A stretch of 64,000 nt of DNA from Pseudomonas phage pPa_SNUABM_DT01: sequence record MW735835.1. The stretch is one strand, 5' to 3'. The position numbers and the translations under genes were made by a program. The notes under the pieces are model-generated. The model worked only from the letters and a program-made list of their open reading frames with translations. It was not told the DNA's origin and did not search any database. Shown here piece after piece: positions 17,920 through 27,646 of the stretch. The number at the start of each line of letters is the position of its first letter. Within the stretch, counting starts at the first letter, position 1.

Positions 17920-17949
17920 CGTCACAGGGTCGGACTCGACCCTGTGACG
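17920..17949 (+). terminator. stem-loop (terminator-like, no T-tract)
   Basis: Perfect 13-bp stem CGTCACAGGGTCG-GACT-CGACCCTGTGACG, 30 nt after the SSB stop. Confidence 0.4.
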
Positions 17950-17998
17950 ACCTTATACCCTGTTGACGGGAGGATTTCTGCTGAAGCGTTTTATAGCG

Positions 17999-18008
17999 AT
18001 ACATTATA
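17999..18008 (+). promoter_or_regulatory. candidate promoter motif ATACATTATATC
   Basis: Same motif family as at 8837. Lies 37 nt upstream of the 18045 start. Confidence 0.3.
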
Positions 18009-18044
18009 TCCTTGAATACCAGTAACCATTGAGGTTGTTAGACG

Positions 18045-19607
18045 ATGCAGATTCATATCCATGAACTGTCGGGCAAGGGCATCACGATGCTCCGACTCGA
18101 GCACAAGGGTGAGCAGTTGCTGCTATCTGCGGGCAGCTATCACTCGGCGGCTATCATCAATCGCGAAGTGCTGTTCAAGGAGACCAACGAATTTCTGAAG
18201 TCCCTTCCGGACGAAGACCAGGATCGACTGTGGAGCATCTACCAGCGTGTGGATGACTACCTGTCGTCTGAAGAGATTCGTTCGTCCTTCTTTATCCGCG
18301 CCGAAGTGGAGCGGGTGGTCAAGGAGCTGTACCAGATCATCGGGTACCCGCAGCTTCGTGCGTTCATCGACAAGATTCGTCCGGACATCCCGGGCGACGT
18401 GAGTGAGAAGTTCGAGGAATTCAACGAACGTGGCCGGAACTACCGGAGCCGTACCTACATCAAGCCGGATTACCTGGACTTGGTGGCAATGGCCTTGGGC
18501 CTGCGTTTCATGGTGCCGGTCTGGGGCATGTACATCCAGAACGTCTCGTCCATCAACGGCAACGGCTACAAGGAATCCGAAGCGGTCAAGCTCATCGAGC
18601 TGGCTGGCGTGGATAAATGGCCGCCGTACATCCGGATGAACGAGTACATCGAAGCGAGCGTGGAGAAAGAAGTCAGCATGACCATGGTCATGGCCGGCCT
18701 CTCCTCCGAGGAAGTCCCGCGGCACCTGATGGCGATGGCCTTGGTCCGCAAGATTTCCATCGGCCCGCTGAGCACCACTCAGGAACGCGACAGCTTGGCG
18801 CGCATCCTGTTCAACTACGTTACGGGCACCCACCTGCGTATGGATGGGCGGTTTGCGAGTGTGACTGGCATCGTCCAGGCCAAACGCCACCGCAATCTGG
18901 ACAAAGGTGACGAGGACAACTCCTCGGTGCTGGACGACTACAACCAGACGACTGAGATCACCGAGGGTGATCGTCAGATGATCGAGGTCTTCAGTGAGAA
19001 TGTCGCGGTGATTGTGAACCGTGCAGCTCCTGACTTGGACCTGGCCCGGGTGCAGCAGTGCATCTCGGTCTGCTCACGGCACGAGGCCCGTCCGGTCGAA
19101 GCGTTCCAGAAAGCCATCGTGTTCTGGGTTCTGCGTTCCATCTCGCCGGAAGCGCGTGAGCTGCTGCTCAAGCGTACCCATTTCCGCCTGATGGGCATTG
19201 CGCAAGCAATCCTGGATCACTGGGGTTTCCACGAACTGGCCATCCTGGTCTCGGCGGAGGAGTACATCCACGAGGACGGTGAAGCTTTCATTCCGATGGA
19301 GACCCGTAACAAAATCACCCGTCAGCAAGCCGAGATTCTCGACAAGCAGTATCCGTACTACCGTCAGGAATCGAAGCGTCAAGACCCCGGCAAACGCGGC
19401 AACGTCGCGGTAATCGCCATCGACCAAGTCGTCGATTGGATGAGCGGCCGGGCTTGGAAGCCACATGCACCGCGCGACATCATCGAGAAGATCCCGTTGC
19501 TTTCTCAGACCGGGTACCTGTACATCTCTGGTGATATTCGCCGTCAACTAGCCGACATGATCATTCGTGTCAACAACAACCTGGGGAGCCAACATGCAAC
19601 TGCTTGA
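18045..19607 (+). CDS. hypothetical protein, 520 aa
   Basis: GAGG Shine-Dalgarno element. Strong codon bias. No recognisable motif. Confidence 0.8.
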   Translation: MQIHIHELSGKGITMLRLEHKGEQLLLSAGSYHSAAIINREVLFKETNEFLKSLPDEDQDRLWSIYQRVDDYLSSEEIRSSFFIRAEVERVVKELYQIIGYPQLRAFIDKIRPDIPGDVSEKFEEFNERGRNYRSRTYIKPDYLDLVAMALGLRFMVPVWGMYIQNVSSINGNGYKESEAVKLIELAGVDKWPPYIRMNEYIEASVEKEVSMTMVMAGLSSEEVPRHLMAMALVRKISIGPLSTTQERDSLARILFNYVTGTHLRMDGRFASVTGIVQAKRHRNLDKGDEDNSSVLDDYNQTTEITEGDRQMIEVFSENVAVIVNRAAPDLDLARVQQCISVCSRHEARPVEAFQKAIVFWVLRSISPEARELLLKRTHFRLMGIAQAILDHWGFHELAILVSAEEYIHEDGEAFIPMETRNKITRQQAEILDKQYPYYRQESKRQDPGKRGNVAVIAIDQVVDWMSGRAWKPHAPRDIIEKIPLLSQTGYLYISGDIRRQLADMIIRVNNNLGSQHATA

Positions 19608-21096
19608 GATCGTATTCCGTGAGCGTCAGGGATACCGCGACATGCCGATTCGTCCGTTTGGTAGCGATGCTACTCCGGACTTGATCCGTATGCTCGACCA
19701 TGACACTCGTGGTGGCTCTGACATCGCGCCTGCTGCCCTTAGCCGCGTAGCTGGCCGTATCATCCGTCCATTGGCCAACACCCAAGGCCAGGCAATCATT
19801 GCCAACGGCTGGGGTGAGAAGCGCTTCATGTTCATCATGACCGTCCTGGTTCGTAAGACCACGACCGCGGTGTCGACGCTGGAAATCTCCGGCTACACCG
19901 ACCACGTAGGTGCTCACCAAGGCCTGCGTGGCATCTCGCTGGACGAAGACATGGCGATGTACTTCAACTCGATCACCGAGCTGAACCAGAGCTACATGGA
20001 CACCCCCACCGGTGGCGGCTGGCGCACCCAGATCGCTTCCTCCAACCACCTCATCACCCCGCAGACTCTGCCGGACTTCAGTCGTGACCGCCTCTCCCCG
20101 GGCACCATGACCATGCGCCCCGAGGACGTGTTCCACAACAACCCGAAGAACGTGGTGCAGAATGCGTTCCAGCGCCGTGCCTCGCAAGAGAACTGGCTGG
20201 ACATGCGCCATGGCTTCACGGGCAATGCCCTGCGGATGTCGAACCGCCTGAACGACAGCTCGACTCGCTTCCTGCACCGCTCCCTGCGAGCGCTGGCAAC
20301 GGCGAACGAAGGCGAAGTGTTCGGCCAAGATGGTCAATTCGACCGCGACACCAGCAAGATCCTCAAGGATGCCCGCAGTCAGGTCCGTGAAAAGACCCTC
20401 AGCGGTATTCCGGCTCTGGCCGAATTGGCCCGCGACACCAACATCCTCGACCAAGGTTTCATCACCTATGGCGAGCTGGTCGCAATGAACCCGGACTACC
20501 AGTGGAACGACGTCAAGATCTACTTCGCTACGCCGGAGATGACTCGTGACCACCGTAACCTGACCGGCTGGGGCGGCAAGGATAACACCACCATCGCCGC
20601 CAACCAGATCGCCCGGGCCCTGCCGACCTTCATGGCGTTCCACCACATCGGCTACGTCGAGTTCCATGCTGACAACATGTCGGCAATGGGTGAGCCGGTC
20701 GTGGTCATGCCGCAAGTCCTGCCGATGCTGGGCAAGCGTGTGACCGAACGGTCGCTGATGGCGTTCGAAGAGCGCCTGATCACCGAGATGTTCGTGGACA
20801 TGCTGCCGTGGGAGAACTGCATGTTCGACCTGGAGGTGAAGGCTGGCCTGAACAACGACATCGACATCTGGATTCAGCTCGAAGGCGAAGACCCGGGCGA
20901 GTTCAAGTTCCCGGTGTTCTGTGACTCCCTGGTAGCCCCGATCATCGTGGACGACCAGCGCACCATCGAAAGCATGAGCGAAACCATCAGCGGCATCGTT
21001 GACAGCCTGGGTAGCACTTATCGTGGCGACGACGACACCGGCTTCGAAGAAGGTCCGAGCATTCTCGATTCCACTGGCAACAAATTCAAGTTCTAA
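19594..21096 (+). CDS. putative RNA polymerase beta subunit, N-terminal fragment
   Basis: [27 protein letters not shown] resembles the beta region [37 protein letters not shown] resembles the beta Rif-region HKRRISALGPGGLTRE. The ORF begins at ATG 19594 (GGGGAG Shine-Dalgarno) and overlaps the upstream stop. Confidence 0.5.
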   Translation: [500 protein letters not shown]

Positions 21097-21105
21097 GGAG
21101 TAAGC

Positions 21106-22491
21106 ATGGATCTCCCCGAGTTCAACCAACGGGTGCTGAATAGCATCGGCATCGTCGATGAGACCGGCAAGGGTCACCTGAGCCGTGTCATCGGCCCTGG
21201 CCAGCTGAGCCCGCTCACCATCGGCGGTAAACGTGTGGTGCTGCCCACCAGCGAGCACATGCGCGAAGGTGGCGACAACATCATCATCTTCCACCCGCTG
21301 TCGGAGAACATCACCCGCAGCGAATCCGACATGATCAAGTCCATGCGTGACCAGATCATGTACCGCCTGACCCTGGTTGCCGTCGATCTGATCGACAACC
21401 TGGGCCGGGTGGCCGCCACTGACAGCCTGCACGCCAAGCTGGACAAGGAATCGCAGAAGTACCTCAAGCTGGTCTCCGGCATGGACGTACGCACCTACGA
21501 GTTCCTCAAGAAGCTGATCCTGCGTATCGGCCCGCAGCCCGAGAAGCGTCTGATCTCCATCAGCCTGCGTAAGGGCAAGAACGCCGACGGCGTGCTGCGC
21601 TCTGCCCAGTTCAAGTTCCCGGTCCTCCAGGAAATGCTGGCGAACGAGCAGGAAGTCCTGGGCCTGAAATACCCGTCGAAGAAAGCCCGCAACACCCTCA
21701 TCGCCCTGTTCGAGATCGTGTTGGGCAACGAGGAGCAGCGCGCTCAGTACGACTACGGCAGCAAGAACATGACGGCACCGTACTTCGATGCGCTGATGAT
21801 GGGCTTCCACCGCATCGCCACGCACCTGAACGACGTGACCCGACGCCACCGGAAGTTGCTGGGCAAAGCCGTCAATGCCGAAGGTGAAACCCAATCGCAC
21901 GATCTGGCTGACGACCTGCTGTTCGACCTGACCTGGGAAGAAGGTATGGACCAGCTCGCTGAGCTGCGCCGTATCGTTCCGCCGCAGGAAGGTAACGAAG
22001 GTGCCATCATCGTTGCTGAACCCGGTCAGCTGGACAAGGAGAAGGTGACCCAGCGTGCCGCTGCTCGCCTGGCTCCTGCTGCACGTGCATCCAGTGAAAC
22101 GAAGAAGGAAGAAGTGGTCGACGTACCGTGGGACACCGACGACAACCAGGGTGCCCGTAGCCCGCGCCGCGAGGAAACTCGCCGTGATGCTCCGGCCCCG
22201 GCCCGTAGCGGTAAGTCGCTCGATGACTTCCTGTATGGCGACCAGCGTCGTGATGACCGCCGTGACAGCCGTGACGATCGTCGCTGGGGTCGTGATGACC
22301 GCAGTCAGGCACGTTGGGGCCGTGACAGCCGCGATGACCGCGGTGGTCGTCGTTTCGACCTGGGTCTGAGCGATGACCGCGGTGGCGATAGCCGTTGGTC
22401 CAGCATGGACTTCCGCCGTGAAGAGCGTGGCAGTGGTTCGGGTCGCCGTCCCTTCGGGTCTGGTAACCAGGACAACCGCCGTCGCTACTAA
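21106..22491 (+). CDS. hypothetical protein with Arg/Asp-Arg/Gly-rich C-terminal tail, located between the beta-N and beta-C genes
   Basis: CTAAGGAGTAAGC translation-initiation region. The C-terminal ~90 aa are RRDDRRDSRDDRRWGRDDRSQARWGRDSRDDRGGRRF... It may be an RNAP-associated extra subunit. Confidence 0.8.
   Translation: MDLPEFNQRVLNSIGIVDETGKGHLSRVIGPGQLSPLTIGGKRVVLPTSEHMREGGDNIIIFHPLSENITRSESDMIKSMRDQIMYRLTLVAVDLIDNLGRVAATDSLHAKLDKESQKYLKLVSGMDVRTYEFLKKLILRIGPQPEKRLISISLRKGKNADGVLRSAQFKFPVLQEMLANEQEVLGLKYPSKKARNTLIALFEIVLGNEEQRAQYDYGSKNMTAPYFDALMMGFHRIATHLNDVTRRHRKLLGKAVNAEGETQSHDLADDLLFDLTWEEGMDQLAELRRIVPPQEGNEGAIIVAEPGQLDKEKVTQRAAARLAPAARASSETKKEEVVDVPWDTDDNQGARSPRREETRRDAPAPARSGKSLDDFLYGDQRRDDRRDSRDDRRWGRDDRSQARWGRDSRDDRGGRRFDLGLSDDRGGDSRWSSMDFRREERGSGSGRRPFGSGNQDNRRRY
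22230..22400 (+). repeat. imperfect tandem CGTGAYGACCGC-type repeats encoding the RD/RG tail
   Basis: Reiterated CGTGATGACCGC / CGTGACAGCCGC units. Confidence 0.5.
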
Positions 22492-22502
22492 CGGTCGGAC
22501 GG

Positions 22503-22540
22503 CATAGAGGAGAGGGGCGACCCCTCTCCTCTTTCTTTGC
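22503..22540. terminator. bidirectional rho-independent terminator
   Basis: GAGGAGAGGGG-CGA-CCCCTCTCCTC followed by TTTCTTTGCC, between a (+) stop at 22491 and a (-) stop at 22541. Confidence 0.75.
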
Positions 22541-22879
22541 CTAGATTCGCCCCGGCGTAAGACGGTACAGGTTCTTCAGGTTATCGACCACTCCTGGGTC
22601 GGGAACCATGATCTGTTTGAAATCCATTGTCATCTGGGTAGGACAATCGAAATTGTTGACGACCATGAAGATCAGCAAGTTTTCTATCGGGTACCCCAAT
22701 TCGATCATCAAGGAAGCGAAGTTGTACTCGAACTTGTGAACCACGCCCGGATCAAGGGCTGCCGGTACGCAGTTCGCTTTTAAGTAGGCTTCGTGAGCAT
22801 GCACAAAGCTAAGGAAGTCCGGCGAATGAAACATCGTATCGCCGCTGGCTACCATGAGTGAGTTCAATGCAGCAGTCAT
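22541..22879 (-). CDS. hypothetical small protein (lone reverse-strand gene)
   Basis: Good Shine-Dalgarno element (GAGGA, 6-nt spacer) on the minus strand. 112 aa. Codon usage is more A/T-ending (tta, aaa, ttt) than the surrounding genes. Confidence 0.55.
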   Translation of the reverse strand: MTAALNSLMVASGDTMFHSPDFLSFVHAHEAYLKANCVPAALDPGVVHKFEYNFASLMIELGYPIENLLIFMVVNNFDCPTQMTMDFKQIMVPDPGVVDNLKNLYRLTPGRI

Positions 22880-22909
22880 GCTCAGTCCTCGTTTGAATTT
22901 TCTTCAGAA

Positions 22910-22919
22910 ATACATTATC
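22910..22919 (+). promoter_or_regulatory. candidate promoter motif ATACATTATC
   Basis: Lies 45 nt upstream of the RNAP beta-C start. Confidence 0.3.
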
Positions 22920-22963
22920 TAGTTGGCAAGCCAATGCTCACCTGTAGTGTAAGGGAGTCACCG

Positions 22964-25189
22964 ATGACAAGTAACCAGTCTGTCCAGGAGCAACTGGCTC
23001 AGTACTATGCTCAGTCCGCCCGTAATCCGGTGGAACTGCATCCTGAGTTGATGTCGCTCTATGGGCTCAACCCGTTTATCCGGCACATCTCCGCATCCCG
23101 TGCGGCTATGTTCACCGGCAACCTGGCACAAATGGTGGTAATCAAGGAGCCCACCAGGAAGCACATCATGACCCTGATGGAGCGTCCGTTTGCCGATACG
23201 ACGTTCTCGATTGAATTCGAGGACAACGTGCAGATCCTTAAAATCATCCCGCGCTTCGGCCACACCGCCGGTGCCAACCGTATCCGGCATTCGCCGCAGA
23301 CGGCCATCATTTACGAGAACCAGCGCACCAACGAGATCGGGGTGACGATGCTGACGGACTACCACGTCACGCACCAGCACTTCGGCACCGAGTTCAAGCG
23401 CAATCGTGACGTGATGGACCTGATGCGCGAGAAGGCGTACTTCAAGGCTGGTACCAAGCTGGCCCACAGTCCGCTGATTGACCAGTATGGCAACTACATG
23501 TACGGCCGCGAGACGAACGTGCTCATGGCGTCTGACGTGGCAGGGACTGAGGACGGTGTGAAGGCCCGTCGGGGATACCTGGAGAAGTTGGCCCCCACAG
23601 GATTTGAGACTCGTGTCTTCGAATTCGGGCGTGAGTTCTTCCCGACCAACCAATCCACAGTCCCCGGCATCTATAAGGTCATGCCTGACCTGGGCGAGAA
23701 GGTAAGCAGCACTGGCTTGCTGGTAGCGCTGCGCCGGTATGACCCGATCAGTGGCGTGGCCAACATGACCACCGAGGCGCTGCAACAGCCGGACTACATC
23801 TTCGACCGGAAGCGGTTCGTCCAACACATCGATGCTGAAGTGGTGGACATCAAGGTCGAACGCAACACCTCGATCAACATCCCGCCGTTGCCGGTGGGCA
23901 TGGAAGATCAGCTGCTCAAGTACTACAACGCCGACACCGAGTTCTACAAGAAGATCGTGGACTTCTGGTGGGAAAAGCGTAAAGAAGCGCGCAAGCGTGG
24001 GTACGAAGAGCTGCCGATGGAGCCGGAGTTCAACCATCTGGTGTTCGAAGCCATCGGCCGGGTTGGTCCTGACCATCTGCGGTCGGACCATGGGTTCAAC
24101 CGGAAGGTCGATGAAGCCGTCTCGGGCGGTAAAGTCGACAAGGTCTACCGCGGCGTGAAGCTGGACGCATGGCGCGTGGAGATCACCTTCAAGTACCTGT
24201 CCATCCCGAACAAGGGCTATAAGATCACCGACATCAACGGCAACAAGTCCGTCGTGGTCGAGGTGGTCGATGACGAAGACATGCCGGTCGACGAGAACGG
24301 AATCGTCGCTGACATCGTCGTAGACCCGAACTCCCGTTGGAACCGGGTAACACCAGCATCCCCGATCGAAATGGTGATCTCGGGTGCCGGGCGTGACCTG
24401 GGCAAGCGCCTCCAGCATGCCTTCGGGTTCCCCATGAACGATCAGTTGAAGGAGGATGAAGTAAACGACGTCGTCTATTCTCCCGAGAACCGTGATCTCG
24501 TGGAGTATTGGTTCGACGAGCTGATGGAGTTCTACAAGGTAGTCGCTCCGTACCAGTACGACGACCTCTCGGACCCCGAGTACCACCGCTTCAACCCGGA
24601 GTACAAGCACACGCAAGTGGCCGCAGTCATGCTGGATCACCTGCTGGGCATCGACCTCACCATGCCGACCGATAACCCGGTCCACATGCCGGATGTCATC
24701 CGCGCCATTCAGGAGCGCTGGCCTCCGTTCATCACCCCTGTCCGCTTCCGCGGCCGGGACGGCAAGATGAAGGTGTCCCGTGAGCCGATGCTGATTGCTC
24801 CGTCCTACTACATCAACCTGGAGAAGACCGCAGAAGACTCGTGGATGGCTGCATCGTCCGCGAAGTGCAACGTGTTCGGTACCACTGCGCGTCTGTCCAA
24901 CAACGACAAGTACGACTCTCCCGGTCGTCAGTCGTCCATTCGTGTCGGTGAGTCCGAGATTCGCTCGGAGTCCGCTGTCTGTGGTGGTGAAGCCACTGCC
25001 GATCAGAAGGACGCCTCCAACAACCCGATTGCGCACAAGTTCGTGCTCCGTCGGCTGTTGACCCACCCGACCCCGACCAACATCGAGGAGGTTCTCGATC
25101 GGAAGGTGGTTCCGGTAGGCGGGCATAGACCGTTGGCCTACATGCGCAACATGTTCGAATGCTCGGGCAAACAACTCACCAACGAATAA
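22964..25189 (+). CDS. multisubunit RNA polymerase beta subunit, C-terminal fragment
   Basis: [23 protein letters not shown] matches E. coli beta [43 protein letters not shown] matches [20 protein letters not shown]. A degenerate GDK-RHGNKG region is present ([16 protein letters not shown]). Start at ATG 22964 (AAGGGAG, 6-nt spacer). Confidence 0.9.
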   Translation: [741 protein letters not shown]

Positions 25190-25201
25190 GCGGAGTAAGC
25201 A

Positions 25202-27304
25202 ATGCGTCGAATCAAAGCACGTGAGTTCATGAACCGCGACGTAATCGCGGAGTGGCCGCTGCCCGATGAGAAGTTGATTATCGAGTTCGACGACGGGGTT
25301 CTTGAGACCACCACTCGCCGTACCACGACGAGCTGGTTTTGCTGGGAGCTGCACCGGCAGTTCCCCCGCACCCCGCTGAACATCAACCACCACATCGGCA
25401 ATGGGTTCCCCAGCGCTGACATGATCCCCAAGACGCTGTCCAACATCGTCCGGGATCTGCACTACACGTACTTCACGCCAGGCAGCGAACTGGCAAACCA
25501 CGATCTGTGCTACGACCGGGAGGATGTGTGGCGCGTGGTGAAGGACGTCGGTAACGAGATCTACAACGTCCTGTCGGTCAATCTGGAAGAGTGGCATGTC
25601 CACATCAACGCCTTCCACCTGCTCGAGCTGTACGACTACCCGCCGTTGGTGGCGATTCGTGCGACGCTCAAGGATAACCAGCTCTCCATCTCCAACGCGA
25701 TGGACCGGACCTCTGAAGTCCTGATGAAGGACCCAGCGATCCTGCACAACCCCATCGTACGGGGGCTGCGTTCCAAGCAGATCAAGATGGGTCAGTTCTT
25801 GCAGATCATCCTCTGCTTGGGCTACCGGACCGACCTGGACCAGGTAATCTTCCGCAAGGCCATCACGGTCGGCTTCTTCGAGGGCCTGACCAAGATGCAC
25901 GACATCATGATCGAGTCGTGCTCGGCCAAGAAAGCGCTCATGTTCACCAAGAAGCCGCTGCGGATCGTCGAGTACTTCAACCGGAAGATGCAGCTGTCCA
26001 CCACCGTGGTCGACAAGCTCATCTGGAACGACTGTGGTTCGGACGTGTACGCCGAGATCCCGGTCGACACCCACCTCTGGTCCCACCTCGACGGCAAGTT
26101 CTACCTCGATGAGTCCACCCGCAAGTTGACTGCTATCCATGCGGACAACAAAGAGCAGCAGAAAGCGCTCAAGGGTAAGACCATCAAGATGCGCTCGGCC
26201 ATGTTCTGCCGTTACCGTGGTCGTGGTGAAGTTTGCCACGTCTGCTTCGGCGAGCTGGCTTGGTCCATCCCGCGGGAAACCAGCCTGGGTCACGTCTGTG
26301 CTACCGAACTCTGCCGGGAAGGTTCCCAGCGGACGCTGTCTGTGAAACACTTGGACGGCTCGTCGGTAGTGGAGGAAATCGTCATTGCGGAGGAACACCT
26401 GCCGTACATTGACGTCTGTGCCTCGGACCCAGCAGTGAACGACAACGGGGATGTGGAGGTGATGTCTGCCGCCACCGAAGAACTCCTGGGTGAAGCTGTC
26501 CCGGAAACCGCCCGTGAATCCTCGCTGCTGAAGTTCAACCCACGGCTGAAGAAGATGAAGCCGGTCATGATCCTGCCTGCCGCCCCGGACAAGAACACCG
26601 AGAACGCAGCGGGCCTGGCCGCCATCAACAGCGACACCGTCATCGAGCGCTTGAACATCCACCGGTTCACTTCGTTCCGCGAAGTTCAGATCCGTGTGAC
26701 CAACCTGCGCGAAGAAACCACCGATGCGTTCATCCCGGTCAGCCAGGGTGCACGGTTGGGTTCGCTGTCCCGCGTCATGCTGCACTACATCAAGGACCAC
26801 GGCTACACCGTTGACGAAGATGGCAACTATTGCATCGACCTCAGCGAGTGGGACTTCGGTGCTCCGGCGTTCTCCCTGCCGCGCCGCCATGCCAGTACGC
26901 TGGACTTCATGGCTGCGGTAGAGGCATTCATCCGCTCCCCGGCGAAGAAGTCGGAACGCAACGGCTTCAACGGCCGCATGCTGACCAGCTACGACGACCC
27001 GGTAGCAGCATTGCTGGACTTCAGTGATCTGGTGAACTCGCAACTGCGGGTATCCATCAGCCACCTCGAAGTGATCCTGCTGTCGCTGTCCCGTCCGGCG
27101 GATGACCCTGACGACTACCGTCTGCCGGACTTTGACCGGCCGATGAAGTTCGAAGAGCACCGGACCCTGATGCAGTATCGTTCGGCTGGCCAGCAACTGG
27201 CCTACGAGCGGCAGCCTGACATGATCGAAGATCCGGACAGCTACCTGATCACCAAGCGTCCGGCGGGTCTCCTGGACCCGTTCGTGTTCCCGGAAGTTAT
27301 CTGA
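25202..27304 (+). CDS. multisubunit RNA polymerase beta-prime subunit, C-terminal fragment (paralog 1)
   Basis: MRSAMFCRYRGRGEVCHVCFGELAW...SLGHVCATELCREGSQRTLSVKHLDGSS aligns to the beta-prime region [23 protein letters not shown]...[26 protein letters not shown] (Zn-binding Cys cluster plus trigger-loop region). Tightly coupled to the beta-C gene (TAAGCGGAGTAAGCAATG). Confidence 0.8.
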   Translation: MRRIKAREFMNRDVIAEWPLPDEKLIIEFDDGVLETTTRRTTTSWFCWELHRQFPRTPLNINHHIGNGFPSADMIPKTLSNIVRDLHYTYFTPGSELANHDLCYDREDVWRVVKDVGNEIYNVLSVNLEEWHVHINAFHLLELYDYPPLVAIRATLKDNQLSISNAMDRTSEVLMKDPAILHNPIVRGLRSKQIKMGQFLQIILCLGYRTDLDQVIFRKAITVGFFEGLTKMHDIMIESCSAKKALMFTKKPLRIVEYFNRKMQLSTTVVDKLIWNDCGSDVYAEIPVDTHLWSHLDGKFYLDESTRKLTAIHADNKEQQKALKGKTIKMRSAMFCRYRGRGEVCHVCFGELAWSIPRETSLGHVCATELCREGSQRTLSVKHLDGSSVVEEIVIAEEHLPYIDVCASDPAVNDNGDVEVMSAATEELLGEAVPETARESSLLKFNPRLKKMKPVMILPAAPDKNTENAAGLAAINSDTVIERLNIHRFTSFREVQIRVTNLREETTDAFIPVSQGARLGSLSRVMLHYIKDHGYTVDEDGNYCIDLSEWDFGAPAFSLPRRHASTLDFMAAVEAFIRSPAKKSERNGFNGRMLTSYDDPVAALLDFSDLVNSQLRVSISHLEVILLSLSRPADDPDDYRLPDFDRPMKFEEHRTLMQYRSAGQQLAYERQPDMIEDPDSYLITKRPAGLLDPFVFPEVI

Positions 27305-27310
27305 CCATTC

Positions 27311-27340
27311 GAGGGGCCTTCGGGCCCCTCTTTTATTTTG
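27311..27340 (+). terminator. rho-independent terminator
   Basis: GAGGGGCC-TTCG-GGCCCCTC followed by TTTTATTTTG. Confidence 0.8.
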
Positions 27341-27353
27341 CATGGAGGGCCTC

Positions 27354-27638
27354 ATGGGCCAACTGCGTATCAAAGAAGCTACCCTGTCCATGGAAGTCGG
27401 CGCCAAAGGCCACTTCTGCGTGGACAGTCTGTTCAGCGACCGTGAGATCGACGTGATCGATCAACTGTCCGTCCGGCTGGATGAGAAAGAAATCCAGGCC
27501 GACAACCCCAAGTTCGACATCACGATCAAGGACAACCACATCCACTACGTCCTGAAGGAAGGCCAGAATTCCTGGAACGACACCATCTCCTTCACTGCGT
27601 ATTTCGATCAGCCGGTGAATTGGCACCCGCATCGCTGA
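27354..27638 (+). CDS. hypothetical small protein
   Basis: ATG 27354 is preceded by GGAGGG (6-nt spacer). 94 aa. Confidence 0.5.
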   Translation: MGQLRIKEATLSMEVGAKGHFCVDSLFSDREIDVIDQLSVRLDEKEIQADNPKFDITIKDNHIHYVLKEGQNSWNDTISFTAYFDQPVNWHPHR

Positions 27639-27646
27639 GTGGGTAT

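Noticed and set aside
19570-21900. 776-aa minus-strand ORF antisense to the 19594 and 21106 genes
   Set aside because: It is antisense to two strongly codon-biased plus-strand genes, gives a low-complexity translation, and spans a plus-strand intergenic region without interruption.
22958-27406. 1482-aa open reading frame on the minus strand, antisense to the RNAP beta-C / beta-prime-C genes
   Set aside because: It is an antisense frame kept open by the high GC3 of the sense genes. The translation is Arg/Gly/Val/His-rich low-complexity with no motif, whereas the sense strand carries unmistakable RpoB/RpoC motifs. There is no Shine-Dalgarno element.
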